From: an uncultured Candidatus Rokubacteria bacterium
GTDB lineage: Bacteria; Methylomirabilota; Methylomirabilia; Rokubacteriales; CSP1-6
DNA: 64,000 bases
NCBI GenBank assembly: GCA_963747235.1
Contig: CAVVEU010000040.1
Location: forward strand, 64,001 to 128,000
Reading direction: 5' to 3'
Within the stretch, counting starts at the first letter, position 1. Every line of letters begins with the position of its first letter. Of this stretch, positions 22,922-35,190 are shown one piece after another. Made by a program: the position numbers and the translations under genes. The notes under the pieces are model-generated. The model searched no databases. It worked only from the letters and a program-made list of their open reading frames with translations, and had not been told where the DNA came from.

Positions 22922-23997
22922 TCAGTACGCGAACGGCCAGACCCGGAAGTAGTTCCGGATGTTTCGCCACAGCCGGTTGAGGCCCTCCGGCTCCACGACC
23001 AGGAAGAAGATGATCAGGCACGCCGAACAGGATCAGGCGCAGGTTGGGGATGAGGTTGAGCACCGCCTGCTGGCGAGAAGAGCATGCCGCCGAAGCGTCT
23101 CCATGGACCACGCGGATCACGATGGGCAGCAGGGTGACGAAGATGGCCCCGAAGATCGAGCCCAGCACCGAGCCCAGCCCGCCGATGATGATCATGGCCA
23201 GGTAGTCGATCGACACGCCGATCTGGAACTGCTCGTAGTTGGCGATGCCGAGGTAGTAGGTGTAGAGCACCCCGGTGACGCCGGCGTAGAACGACGAGAT
23301 GGCGAAGGCCAGGAGCTTGTAGCGGAAGATGTCGATGCCGATGATCTCGGCCGCGATGTCCTGGTCGCGGATGGCGATGAAGGCGCGCCCGATCCGGCTG
23401 CGCACGAGGTTCATGGTGCCCGACGATCGCCAGGACCACGAAGACGAGCAGGAAGAAGTACATCTCGCGCTGGGTGGCGATCGCGTGGCCGAACGAGCTC
23501 GGCCGCGGCACCTCGATGGACGCCTGGACGCCGCCGCTGATCCAGGTCACGTGGTTGATGATCCACTCGATGATGAGCTGGCCGGCGAGGGTGGCGATGG
23601 CGAGGTAGAGGCCCTTGATGCGGAGCGACGGGATGCCGACCACCGCGCCGACCGCCGCGGCCATGAGCCCGCCCGCGGCAGCGCCAGCCAGAACGGGCAA
23701 GCCCAGCCGGACGGCGAGGTTGGCCGCGGTGTAGGCGCCCACCGACATGAAGGCGCCGTGGCCGATCGAGATCTGCCCGGTGTAGCCCACCAGGATGTTG
23801 AGCCCGAGCGCGCCGACGACGGCGATCGAGATGAGGTTGACGATGGACAGGTAGTACTCGTCGACAGGCCAGGGGGAGGACGAGCGAAGAACACCACCGC
23901 GATCGCGGCCACCGTCCAGCGCGCGATCGGCAGCGGGTAGAGGGCCATGTCGGCCTCGTAGCGTCGTCTTGAGGACGCCGCACTCGCGATGGATCAT
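22922..23997 (-). CDS. Liv-type ABC permease (LivM-like), module B; frameshifts
   Basis: GLNILVGYTGQISIGHGAF, LRIKGLYLAIATL, GRAFIAIRDQDIAAEIIG. Confidence 0.88.
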
Positions 23998-24005
23998 ATC
24001 GTCGC

Positions 24006-24906
24006 TCAGCATCCTCTCTCGATGATCCGCTTGCCGAAGATCCCGTAGGGCCGGACCATCAGGGCGACGATCATCAGCACGTACGGCGCGAAGTCCTTGG
24101 TGCCGCCGCCCACGTAGCGGATCGACGTAGCCGGCGGCCACGTTCTCGACGATCCCCACGATGAGCCCGCCGACGATGGCGCCGGGGATCGAGTCGAGGC
24201 CGCCCAGGATCACCACCGGGAACACCTTGAAGCCCACCAGGGCCAGGTGCACGTCGACGCCGAGCAGGTTGCCCCAGACGATGCCGCCCAGCGCGGAGAC
24301 CACGCCGGCCATGGCCCAGGCCAGCGCGAAGTAGCGCTCCACGTTGATCCCCATGGCCATGGCCACCTGCTGGTTGTCGGCCACCGCCCGCATGGCGATG
24401 CCCTTGCGGCTCTTCAGGAAGAACCAGCCGAAGGCGGCCAGGAACACGAGGCTCACCGCCGCCCCGAGGAGCTGGATGGGCGGGATGAAGAGCGGCCCCA
24501 GCACGATCGGCTCGTCGCTGATGGGCAGCGGCAGCGGCCGCGTCTCCGCGCCCCACAGGAGCGGCCCGATCCCGCGCAGCATCGCGGCGAGCCCGATGGT
24601 CGCCATGATCACCGCGACCACCGGCCGGCCGATGAGCGGCCGCAGCACCACCCGCTCCAGGCCGAAGCCGAAGGCCGATCATGCCGGCCAGCCCCACCGC
24701 CGACGGCCAGCCAGAGCGGGGCGCCGTAGGAGCCCAGCGCCACCGCCACCACGAAGCCCGCGATCATCACGAACTCGCCCTGGGCGAAGTTGATGGCGTC
24801 GGTGGCCTTGTAGACCAGCACGAAGCCCAGCGCGATCAGCGAGTACATCAGCCCGATCAGGATGCCGTTGGACATCAGCAGCAGCGAAGAACGACCAGTC
24901 AAACAC
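24006..24906 (-). CDS. Liv-type ABC permease (LivH-like), module B; frameshifts
   Basis: YSLIALGFVLVYKATDAINFAQGE, GIAMRAVADNQ, VILGGLDSIPGA. Confidence 0.88.
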
Positions 24907-26844
24907 TGGCTGGCGCGCCTCCTCCACGTCCTCGATCCGCACCCGCGGACTGGATGGTGGCCTGCCGCCCGTCCTCGTAGGTGATCGCGGTGGTCAGCTC
25001 GACCTCGCTCGCCGCCCGAGTAGAAGGCGTCGATGACGGCCGCGTACTTCTCGGCCACGTAGCCGCGCCGCACCTTGCGGGTGCGCGTCATCTCCGCGTC
25101 GTCGGCCTCCAGGTCCTTGGTCAGGAGGAGGAAGCGCCGGATCCGGGTGGCGTCCGGCAGCGTCTCGTTGCCCTTGGCGATCTCGTCCCGGATCAGCTCC
25201 CGGACCTCCGGCTTCTGGGACAGGTCCATGTAGGTCGTGTAGGCGATGCCCCGCCGCTCGGCCCAGTTCCCCACCGTGCCGAGGTCGATGGCGATCATGG
25301 CCGCCACGAACGGCCGGTCGTGGCCGAAGGCCACCGCCTCGCGGATGTACGGGCTGAACTTGAGCTTGTTCTCGATGAACTGGGGCGCGAACGGGGTGCC
25401 GTCCGCCAGCGCGCCCACGTCCTTGGCGCGGTCGATGATGACCAGGTGCCCGCGGGGATCGATGAAGCCCGCGTCGCCGGTGTGGAACCAGCCCTCGCGC
25501 GTCGATGACCTCGCGGGTCGCCTCCTCGTTCTTGAAGTAGCCCTTGAAGATCGCCGCGCCTGCGGACCAGCACCTCGCCGCGGTCGGCGATCTTGACCTC
25601 GATGCCCGGGCACGGGCCGCCCGGCGCGTGGTCGGGTTGGCCTCGCCGTCGGGCTGCAGCGAGCACGAGCCCGGTGCGTCTCGGTGGAGCCGTAGACCTG
25701 CTTGAGGTTCACCCCGATGGAGCGGAAGAAGCGGAAGGTGTCGGGCCCGAGCGGCGCGCCGCCGGTTAGCGCCCAGCGGGCCCGCCGCAGCCCGAGCTGA
25801 TCGCGGACGGGCCGTAGACGAAGAACTCGCCGAGCGCGCGAGGCGCAGCCGGAGCCCGAGCGGCACCGGCTTGCCGTCCGCGCGCAGGATCTCGGCCTCG
25901 CTCGCGCCGACCGGCGGAAGCACTCGAAGATCCAGCGCTTGAGCGGGGTGGCGTCGGCCGCCCGCACCTGCACCGCGGTCAGCATGTTCTCCCAGATGCG
26001 CGGCGGGGCCAGCACGGTGGTCGGGCCCGAGCTCGCGCAGGTCGCGCTGCACCGTCTCCGGGCTCTCCGGGCAGTTGACGCAGAAGCCGACCACCAGGCT
26101 GAGCGACCAGCGTGTAGAGCGAGTCGCCGACCCACGCCATCGGCAGGTAGGCGAGCCACGTCGTCCGTCGGCGCGCACGTCCTCGGCCGGCCAGGAACGC
26201 TCGCGGCGGCCGGCGACCACGTTGGCGTGGGTGATCATGGCGCCCTTGGGATTGCCGGTGGTGCCCGGAGGTGTAGCAGATGATGGCGACGTCGTCGGGC
26301 TGGCCCTTCGTCGACCTCCGCCTCGAAGTAGCCGGGGTGCTCGGCGCGCGAACTTGCGCCCGAGCTCCTGCACCTCCTCGAAGGACTTGAGCCAGTCGTA
26401 GCGGGTAGCCGGGCGATGCCCGCGCGGGTCGTCGTAGATCACGAGGCGCAGCGCGGGGAGCTGGTCGCGCAGCGCGAGGATCTTGTCGACCTGCTCCTGG
26501 TCCTCGGCCACGATCACGCGGACCTCGGCGTGGTTCCAGACGAAGGCCAGCTCCTGGGCGATCGAGTCCTGGTAGACCGGCACCGGCGACGCCGCCCAGG
26601 GCACTGCGCCGCGACCTGCGCCCAGTACAGGCGCGGCCGGTTGTCGCCGATCACCGAGAGCCTGTCGCCGCGCCGGAAGCCGAGGGCGGCCAGGCCCGAG
26701 CGCGAGGTCGCGCACCTGGTCGTGGTACTCGCGCCAGGTCCAGGTCTGCCAGATGCCGCGGTCCTTCTCGCGGATGGCGGGCCGGTCGCCGAGCTCGCGG
26801 GCGTTGCGCTGCAGCAGGCGGGGAAGCGTCGTCAGCTCAGCCAC
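24899..26844 (-). CDS. Long-chain acyl-CoA synthetase (ABC-associated FadD-like), module B; many frameshifts
   Basis: REKDRGIWQ, GTTGNPKG, WFHTGDAG, IENKLKFSPYIREAV, EMTRTRKVRR. Confidence 0.88.
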
Positions 26845-27639
26845 GTCTGCGCCTCCGTTGCGTCACTGCCTTGGCACTCGCCGAGGTACGCCTTGATCAC
26901 CTGCGGGTTCGGCCCGCACCTCGTCGGGCGTGCCCTCCGCGATCTTCTGGCCCATGTCGAGCACCGCCACCCGGTCCGAGATGTCCATGACCACGCCCAT
27001 GTCGTGCTCGATCAGGATGATGGTCGTGCCCCACTCCTGGTTGACGTCGAGGATGAAGCGGGCCATGTCCTCCTTCTCCTCGTGGTTGCAGCCGCCCATC
27101 GGCTCGTCGAGGAGCAGGATCTTGGGATCGAGCGCCAGGGCGCGGCCCAGCTCCACGCGCTTCTGCAGCCCGTAGGCGAGCGAGCCGGTGGGCCGCCGGC
27201 GCAGGTCCTGGATCTTGAGGAAGTCGATGATGTCCTCGACCCGCCGCCGATGGGCCACCTCCTCCTTCTGGGCCAGCCCCCAGTAGACGAACGACGCGAG
27301 CACGCCCGACTTGCATGCGCACGTGGCGGCCCGAGCATCAGGTTGTCGAGCACGGTCATGCCCCGGAACAGGGCGATGTTCTGGAAGGTGCGCGCCACCC
27401 CCAGCTCGGCGACCCGGCTCGGGCGCGCGCTGGGTGATGTCGGTGCCGTCGAGCGTGATGCGGCCCGAGTCCGGGTGGTAGAAGCCGCTGATCATGTTGA
27501 GCAGGGTGGTCTTGCCCGCGCCGTTGGGCCCGATCACGGAGAGGATCTCGCCTCGCCGCACGTCGAGGCTCACCCGGCTCACCGCCTGGACGCCGCCGAA
27601 GGACTTCGAGACCTCCGCGATCTGGAGCTGCGCGCTCAT
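26832..27639 (-). CDS. Liv-type ABC ATP-binding protein (LivG-like), module B; frameshifts, 3' end approximate
   Basis: IGPNGAGKTT, ARTFQNIALF, YGLQKRVELGRAL, IEHDMGVVMDISD. Confidence 0.88.
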
Positions 27640-27649
27640 GTCTGGGCCC

Positions 27650-28470
27650 TCACGACAGCCAGCGCTTTCGCCGCTTGTAGTGCTTGACGTCCCGATAGCT
27701 CTTCCGCTGCCCCACCCCGGACAGCCCAAGGTAGAACTCCTTGATGTCCTCGTTCTCGCTGATCGTCTTGACGTCGCCGTCCAGCACCACCCGCCCGTTC
27801 TCCATCACGTAGACGTACTGGGCGAAGCGCAGCGCCATGTTGGCGTTCTGCTCGGCCAGCAGCACCGCCACCCGCTCCTCGCGGTTCAGCCGCCCCACGA
27901 TCTCGAAGATCTCCTGCACCAGCATCGGGGCCAGGCCCATCGACGGCTCGTCGAGCAGCATCAGCCGGGGATGGGCCATCAGGGCCCGCCCGATCGCGAG
28001 CATCTGCTGCTCGCCCCCCGAGATGTAGCCGGCCCGCACGGTACGCCGGTCCCGCAGCCGGGGAAAGTACCCGTACACCCGCTCCAGATCCGCGCTTGAG
28101 CGCGTGCCCGTTCCGCCGCGTGTAGCCCCCGGTCAGCAGGTTCTCTGTCCTCCACCGTCAGGTGCTCGAAGACGTGGCGGCCCTCCATCACCTGCACGAC
28201 GCCCCGCCGCACGACCTCGGAGGCCTCGCGGCGGTGGATCGCCTCGCCGTCGAGCTCGACGCCGCCCTTGGTCACCTCGCCGCGCTCGGTGCGCAGGAGC
28301 CCCGAGATGGCCTTGAGCGTGGTGGACTTGCCCGCCCCGTTGGCCCCGAGGAGGGCGACGATGCCCTCCTCGGGAACCTGGAGCGACACGCCCTTCAACA
28401 CGAGGATCACGTGATCGTAGATCACCTCGATGTTGTTGACCGACAGCAGCGGTCGCGCGGCGTCGCTCAC
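27650..28470 (-). CDS. Liv-type ABC ATP-binding protein (LivF-like), module A; frameshifts
   Basis: [54 protein letters not shown]. Confidence 0.88.
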
Positions 28471-28483
28471 GACGTCGCTCGCC

Positions 28484-29814
28484 CTACTTCTCCTTCGAGC
28501 AGTCGCGCATCGGTGTAGCCGAGCTTCTTGCCTTCCTCGATCGCCGCCGCCTCGAGCTTCGGGCGGACGACGTCCCGCATCGGCGCGATCCAGTCGGAGA
28601 CGACGTTCCACTTCTTGCCGTCCCACTGCTGGATCAGCACCGGGCCCGTTGCCCTCGTGGTCCTCGCAGGTCACCTTCACCGGGTGCGTGAAGCCCTTCA
28701 TGCCGAGCTGGTCGAGCCGCTGCTCGGTGAGGTTCAGGTGCTCGAAGCCCCAGCGCACCTGCTCGCCGGTCAGCGGCTTGTTGCCGAACTTGGCCATCGC
28801 CGGTGCGGATGGCCTCGACGCTCGAACATGGCGTTGACGATGCCGCGGTTGTAGAGCACCTCGCCCACTCTTGTCCTTCTGCCCGGCGCCCTTGCCCTTG
28901 TCGTAGACGTGCTTGACGATGTCCTGGTGGACCTTGAAGTTGGTGCCGGGGGCGTGGAAGGTCGCGCCCTTGTAGCCCTTGGCGCCGTCCCCGGCGGGGA
29001 TCACGTCCGCCTCGCTCGCCGACCACCAGTTGCCGATGAAGTGGTCCATCGGGTAGTTGATCGCGGCCGCTTCCTTGACCGCCACCTGGTTCATCACGCC
29101 CCAGCCCGACAGGAAGATCCAGTCCGGGTTGAGGCGGCGCACCTGGAGCCACGTGGCCTTCTGCTCCTGGCCGGGGATGGTCCACCGCGAGCAGCGTCAG
29201 CTCGAAGCCGTACTTCCGGGCCAGCTCCTCGAGCGTCGGGTTGGCCTCCTTGCCGTAGGGGCTGTTGTGGTAGATGTGGACGATCTTCTTGCCCTTGAGC
29301 TTGTCGAGCCCGCCTTCCTGCTGCCCGATGTAGCGGATCACCGCGGAGGCCTGGCTCCAGTAGGTGGTCGGGAAGTTGAAGACCCACGGGAACCAGCGCC
29401 CGTCGGCCGCCGCGGTCATGCCGTAGCCCATCGAGAACACCGGCGATCTTGTCCACCGCCGCCTTCGGGATGAGCTGGTAGGTGATGCCGGTGCTGTAGC
29501 GGGTTGACGAGCACCGCGCCCGCCTTTGCCCTTGAGCCGCTCGTAGCACTCCACGCCCTGCTTGGTGTCGTACTGGGTCTCGCACTCCTCCCACGCGATG
29601 CTTGACGCCGTTGATCGCCGCCGTCGCGCTCGTTGAGCAGGGTGAAGTAGTCCACGAAGCCGTTGGCGATCGGGATCCCGCTCGGCGCGTACGGCCCGGT
29701 CCGGTAGACCAGCGAGCGGGATGAAGATCTCCTTGGGCTGCGCCGAGACGGCCGGCACCGCGGGCCCGGCGATGACGGCCACGGCAGCACGCCGATCAGC
29801 AGTCGCCGACTCAT
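28484..29814 (-). CDS. Liv-type ABC substrate-binding protein, module A; frameshifts
   Basis: Signal peptide; YRTGPYAPSG, EECETQYDT, FPWVFNFPTTYWSQA, CEDHEG. Confidence 0.88.
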
Positions 29815-29893
29815 GATGCCTCCTTGTGACAGGTGACGGGGCTGCACGTGCGTCCGTTCGATGACACTCCATGCGCTCCCGGAGTTCCGCTCG

Positions 29894-30972
29894 CTAGTGA
29901 GGGAACGGCCACAGGCGCAGCTTCTCCTTGGCGATCTGCCAGAGCCGGGCCAGCCCGTGCGGCTCGACGATCAGGAAGAAGACGATCAGCCCGCCGAACA
30001 CCATCAGCTCGATGCTGCTTCTGCAGCGCCACCGGCAGGCCAGCCCGAGCAGGTGCGGCACGTTGGTCAGGAAGATCGGCACCAGCACGATGAAGGCGGC
30101 GCCCAGGAACGAGCCGAGGATGCTTCCCAGCCCGCCGATGATGACCATGAACAGCACCAGGAAGGACAGGTTGATGTCGAAGGCCAGGGTCTCGGCGCTG
30201 CCGAGGTAGAGGAAGACGTACTCGGCGCCCGCCACCCCGCAGTAGAACGAGCTGATCGCGAAGGCGAGGAGCTTGGTCCGCAGCGGGCGGACGCCGATGA
30301 TCTCGGCCGCGATGTCCCGGTCGCGGATCGCCATCCAGCGAGCGGCCCACGCGCCCGCGCACCAGGTTCTTGGCGATCAGGGCGAAGAGCCGCCACGAGG
30401 GCGAGGGCCACGACGTAGCGGGCACCGGCGCGGTCGCCTCCGGGCCGGTCACCATGACTCCGAGCATCGGTCCGGGGCGGCGCGGTGATGGTGCCGGACG
30501 AGGCGTAGTTGGTGAACCACGCCACCTTGTTGAAGAGCCAGATCAGGAAGAACTGCGCGGCCAGGGTGGCCACCGCCAGGTAGAAGCCCTTGATCCGCAG
30601 GCTCGGGACGCCGAAGAGCAGCCCGACGAGCGCGGCCGCGAGCCCGGCCAGCAGGAAGACGACGATGATGTTGAGACCCGGGAACGCGGTGGTGAGCTTG
30701 AAGGCCGAGTACGCGCCCACCGCCATGAAGCCGCCGGTGCCGAGCGAGACCTGCCCCGCGTAGCCGGTGAGGAGGTTCAGGCCGAGGGCGGCCAGCGCGT
30801 AGATCAGGAACGGGATCAGCACCGCCTGCAGCCAGTACTCGCTGGCGACCAGCGGCACGCACGAACGCGGCCACGAGCAGCCCGCAGGACGATCCCGGTC
30901 CTGGACGATCGGGAAGATCGCCTGGTCGCTGGCGTACGTGCTCTTGAACTGCCCGGCCTCGCGGTAGATCAC
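29894..30972 (-). CDS. Liv-type ABC permease (LivM-like), module A; frameshifts
   Basis: MIYREAGQFKSTY, GYAGQVSLGTGGFM, LRIKGFYLAVATL, KEKLRLWPFPH. Confidence 0.9.
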
Positions 30973-30975
30973 GCG

Positions 30976-31916
30976 CTAGACTCGCTCGATGATCTTCTCG
31001 CCGAACAGGCCCTGGGGCCGAAACAGCAGGAAGACCAGCGCCAGGACGTAGGCGAACCAGTTCTCGATGGCCCCGCCCACCAGGGGGCCCCAGTAGACCT
31101 CGCCCAGCTTCTCCCCGACCCCGATGATCAGCCCGCCCACGATGGCGCCCGGCACCGAGGTGAAGCCGCCCAGGATCAGGACCGGCAGCGCCTTGAGCGC
31201 GATCAGCGAGAGGCTGAACTGCACGCCGCTCTTGGCGCCCCACATGATGCCGGCCACGAGGGCCACCAGGCCCGCCACCGACCACACGACGACCCAGATC
31301 GTCTTGAGCGGGATGCCGATGCTGAGCGCCGCCTCGTGGTCGTCGGCCACCGCGCGGAGGGCACGGCCGATCCGCGTCCTCTGGAAGAAGACGGCCAGGA
31401 TGGTGACCAGCACGGCGGCGGTGAGGGCCGCGGTCAGCTCCAGCTGGTTGATCTGCACTCCCCGCACCATGAACGACGTGTCCGGGATGCCCGACGTCGA
31501 GCTTCTTGACGTTGCTGCCCCAGAGCAGCTCGCCGAAGCCCTCCAGGAAGAAGTTGAGCCCGATGGTGGCCATGAACAGGATGATGTGCTCCTGGTTGAC
31601 GAGCGGGCGCAGCACCACCCGCTCGATGGCGAAGGCCAGCGCGACCATCACCGCCATCGGTCAGGAGCAGGCTCGGAACGCACCGGGACCCCGCGCTCCA
31701 TCAGCCCCACCAGGGTGAGCGCCGCGAAGAGCACCATGACGCCCTGGGCGAAGTTGAAGACGCCGGAGGCCTTGAAGATCAGCACGAAGCCGAGGGCCAC
31801 CAGGGAGTACATGAGCCCGGCGGCGACGCCCGCCGATGAGCACCTCGACCAGGAAGCCCGGGGCGCCGACCATGTCCTTGAAGGGCGCGAGGAACACCGC
31901 GGACCAGGTCAAGCAT
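30976..31916 (-). CDS. Liv-type ABC permease (LivH-like), module A; frameshifts
   Basis: GRALRAVADDH, LILGGFTSVPGA, RPQGLFGEKIIERV. Confidence 0.88.
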
Positions 31917-32704
31917 GGGCGACCCCGAGATAGGCGTCGATCACCGCCTGGTCCGCCCGCACCTCGTCCGGCGTGCCGTCGGCGATCTTGCGCCCGTAGT
32001 CGAGCGCGATCACGCGGTCCGAGATGTCCATCACCACGCTCATGTCGTGCTCGATCAGCGCGATGGTGGTGCCGAACTCGTCGTTGACGTCGAGGATGAA
32101 GCGGCACATGTCCTCCTTCTCCTCGACGTTCATGCCCGCCATCGGCTCGTCGAGCAGCAGGAGCTTGGGCTCGGCGGCGAGCGCGCGGGCCAGCTCCACC
32201 CGCTTCTGGAGGCCGTAGGGCAGCTTGCCCGCCGAGGTCTTGCGGATGGCCTGGATCTCCAGGAAGTCGATGATGCGCTCCACGACGGCGCGGTGCTCGA
32301 GCTCCTGCTTCATGGCCGGGCCCCAGTAGAGCGCCTCCAGCAGGAAGCTGCCCCGCATCTTGAGCAGCCGCCCGGTCATGATGTTGTCGAGCACGCTCAT
32401 GCCCTTGAAGAGGGCCACGTTCTGGAAGGTGCGCGCCACCCCGAGGGCGGCCACGTCGTAGGGCCGGAGCGCGGTCCGGTCGCGGCCCTCGAAGAGGATC
32501 TGGCCCTCGTACGGGTGGTAGAAGCCGCTGACCACGTTGAGCAGCGTGGTCTTGCCCGCCCCGTTCGGGCCCGATGATGGCCACGATCTCGCCGCGGCGG
32601 ATCTCGAGGCTCACCCGCTCGAGGGCCTGCACCGCGCCGAAGCGCACGCTGATCCCGTTGACCTCGAGGAGCGGCGTGGGCGGCGGCGCGGCCGGCGCCT
32701 TCAT
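31909..32704 (-). CDS. Liv-type ABC ATP-binding protein (LivG-like), module A; frameshift
   Basis: ARTFQNVALFKGM, LPYGLQKRVEL, DEPMAGMNVEEKEDM. Confidence 0.9.
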
Positions 32705-34653
32705 GCCGCCGCCCCCGCGCCCGCGCTCGCGAAGATCTCCGCCTCGCTGATCCGCACCGCCGCCCGCACGGTGCCGGTGCGCCCGTCCTCGTAGGTCACC
32801 AGCGCCTCCACGTTGACGTGGTCGGCGGTGCCGTAGAGGGCCTCGATGAGCGGCGCGTACTTCTCGGCCACGAAGCCCCGCCGCACCTTGCGGGTGCGGG
32901 TGATCTCCTGGTCGTCCGCGTCCAGCTCCTTGTGCAGGAGCAGGAAGCGCCGGATCTGGGCGCCGCGCAGCGTCTCCTCGTCGAGCAGGCTCCGGTTGAC
33001 CCGCACCACTTCCTGGCGGATCAGCTCGTAGACCTCGGGCTTCTGGGCCAGGTCCGTGTAGCTCGTGTAGGCGAGGCCGCGGCGCTCCGCCCAGTTGCCG
33101 ACCGACGGCCAGGTCGATGTTGATCAGCGCGCTCACGAAGCCGCGCCCGTGGCCCACGCACACCGCCTCCTTGACGTAGGGCGAGAACTTGAGCTTGTTC
33201 TCGAGGTACTTGGGCGCGAAGATCGTGCCCCCCGACAGCCGTCCCACGTCGCGGGCCCGGTCGATGATCTTGAGGTGGCCGTCCCGGTCGAAGAAGCCCG
33301 CGTCCCCCGAGTGCACCCAGCCGTCCTCGAGCGTCTCCCGGGTGGCCTCCGGATTCTTGTAGTAGCCCTGGAACACGCCCGGGCTCCGGTACAGCACCTC
33401 GCCGGTCTCGCTGATGCGCACCTCGACGCCGGGCAGCGGCGGGCCCACCGTGTCGAGCTTGACGTCGCCGTCCTGCTGGATGCAGATCAGCGCGCTCGAC
33501 TCGGTCATGCCGTAGAGCTGCTTCACGTTGACGCCGAGCGAGCGGTAGAACTCGAAGAGCTCGGGCCCGATCGCCTCGCCCGCGGTGTAGGCCACGCGGA
33601 TCTTGCCCATGCCCAGGTTGTCGCGGAGCGGGCCGTAGACGAGCAGCCAGCCGAGCGGGTAGAGCAGCCGGTCGAGGAGCGCGGGCGCCCGGTGCGCGAG
33701 GCGCCGGCGCTCCACCCGGCGGGCCACCCCGAGGAAGAAGTGCACCATGCGCCGCTTGACCCAGGCGGTGTCGTCCACCCGGATCATGCACCGAGGTGAG
33801 GATGTTCTCCCAGATGCGGGGCGGCGCGAAGAAGTAGGTGGGGCCGATCTCCTTGAGATCCGCCAGCACCGTGGCCGCGCTCTCCGGGCAGTTGGTGGTG
33901 AAGCCGGCCACCATCGACTGGCCGAAGGAGAACATGTGGTCGCCGATCCAGGCCATGGGCAGGTACGCCATGACCTCCTCGGCGTCCGTGAGGCGCTCGC
34001 GCTCGATGGCGCTGCGCGCGGTCTCGATCAGGTTGCGGTGCGAGAGCATCGCGCCCTTGGGCTGCCCGGTGGTCCCCGAGGTGTAGGCGATGACCGCGGT
34101 GTCCTCGGCCGCGCCCCTGGCCACCTCCTGGTCGAAGTAGCCCGGGTTGTCCTGGGCGAACTTGCGGCCGCGCTCCTTGAGCTCCTCGAGGCTCAGCAGG
34201 CAGGGATCCTGGTAGTGCCGGAGGCCGCGCGGCGTCGTCGTAGACGATCCACTCGAGCCGCGGGCACTGCGCGCGGACGTGCAGCAGCTTGTCCACCTGC
34301 TCCTGGTCCTCGACCACCGCGAAGCGCACCTCCGCGTGGTCGACGATGTACTGCATCTCCTTCTCGATCGAGTCCTGGTAGAGCGGCACCGGGATCCCGC
34401 CGAGCGCCTGCGTGGCCAGCATGGCCCAGTAGAGCTGGGGCCGGTTGTCGCCGACCACCGCGGTCTTGTCACCCCGGGCGAAGCCGAGCGCGGCCAGGCC
34501 CAGCGCGATGAGGCGGGCCTGCTCGACGTACTGGCTCCACGTGTGCGATTGCCAGATGCCCAGATCCTTCTCCCGGATGGCGACCTTCCGCGGAAGGCGC
34601 TCCGCGTTGCGGAGGGCCAGCTTCGGGAAGGTGTCGAGGCCCGGGTCGAGCAT
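32701..34653 (-). CDS. Long-chain acyl-CoA synthetase (ABC-associated FadD-like), module A; frameshifts
   Basis: REKDLGIWQ, YTSGTTGQPKG, QLYGMTE, LENKLKFSPYVKEAV, EITRTRKVRR. Confidence 0.9.
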
Positions 34654-34782
34654 CAGGCGCGCGTGCGGGTGCGGATCGCGCGCGGCCGCGCGCGGCGAAG
34701 CTCACCTGCACCGTTGGAGAGAGTCTTCCCGCTCATCAGGCTCCATCAGGAGCACCCGCGCTGGGGGTGATAAAGTGGCGAA

Positions 34783-34811
34783 AGTCTAGCCCAGGGCCCC
34801 GGGGGTGTCAA
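34783..34811 (-). promoter_or_regulatory. Near-consensus sigma70 promoter TTGACA-17-TAGACT upstream of the acyl-CoA ligase/ABC cluster
   Basis: TTGACA at 34811-34806, TAGACT at 34788-34783, exact 17-nt spacer. Confidence 0.7.
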
Positions 34812-35190
34812 GGACTTTGCCCACCAAGACAAGGGTTTACAGCGCTCTTTCTGGCCGCCGCCTGCCTGGTCGGGGCGCTCGGGGCCGCCGCGCCGGGCCG
34901 GGCCCAGTCCGAGCCCGATTGCGCCCGGCCGGCCCAGGGGCGCGAGCTGATCGCCCGGCTCCGGCTGGCCGAGATCGAGGGCGCCGAGGACATCCACCGG
35001 GCCGCCATGTGGGAGGCCTTCGGCCGCTGCCCCGAAGGCGCCGCGGGCACCCCCTGCCGGACCGCGGAGCGGCAGCGCTTCGAGACCGAGTGGGAGGGGA
35101 AGCGGGCCCGGATCGAGGCGAAGTACCGGGCGGTCCTGAGCGATTTCGAGCGGCGGTGCCGGGCCCATCATCAGCCGGGGGCCTCTCAGA
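34805..35190 (+). CDS. Small secreted helical protein with four Cys; ends approximate
   Basis: ALFLAAACLVGALGAAAPGRAQ signal-like segment then a charged helical body (ORF 34767..35309 frame); fills the gap between minus-strand operons. Confidence 0.55.
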
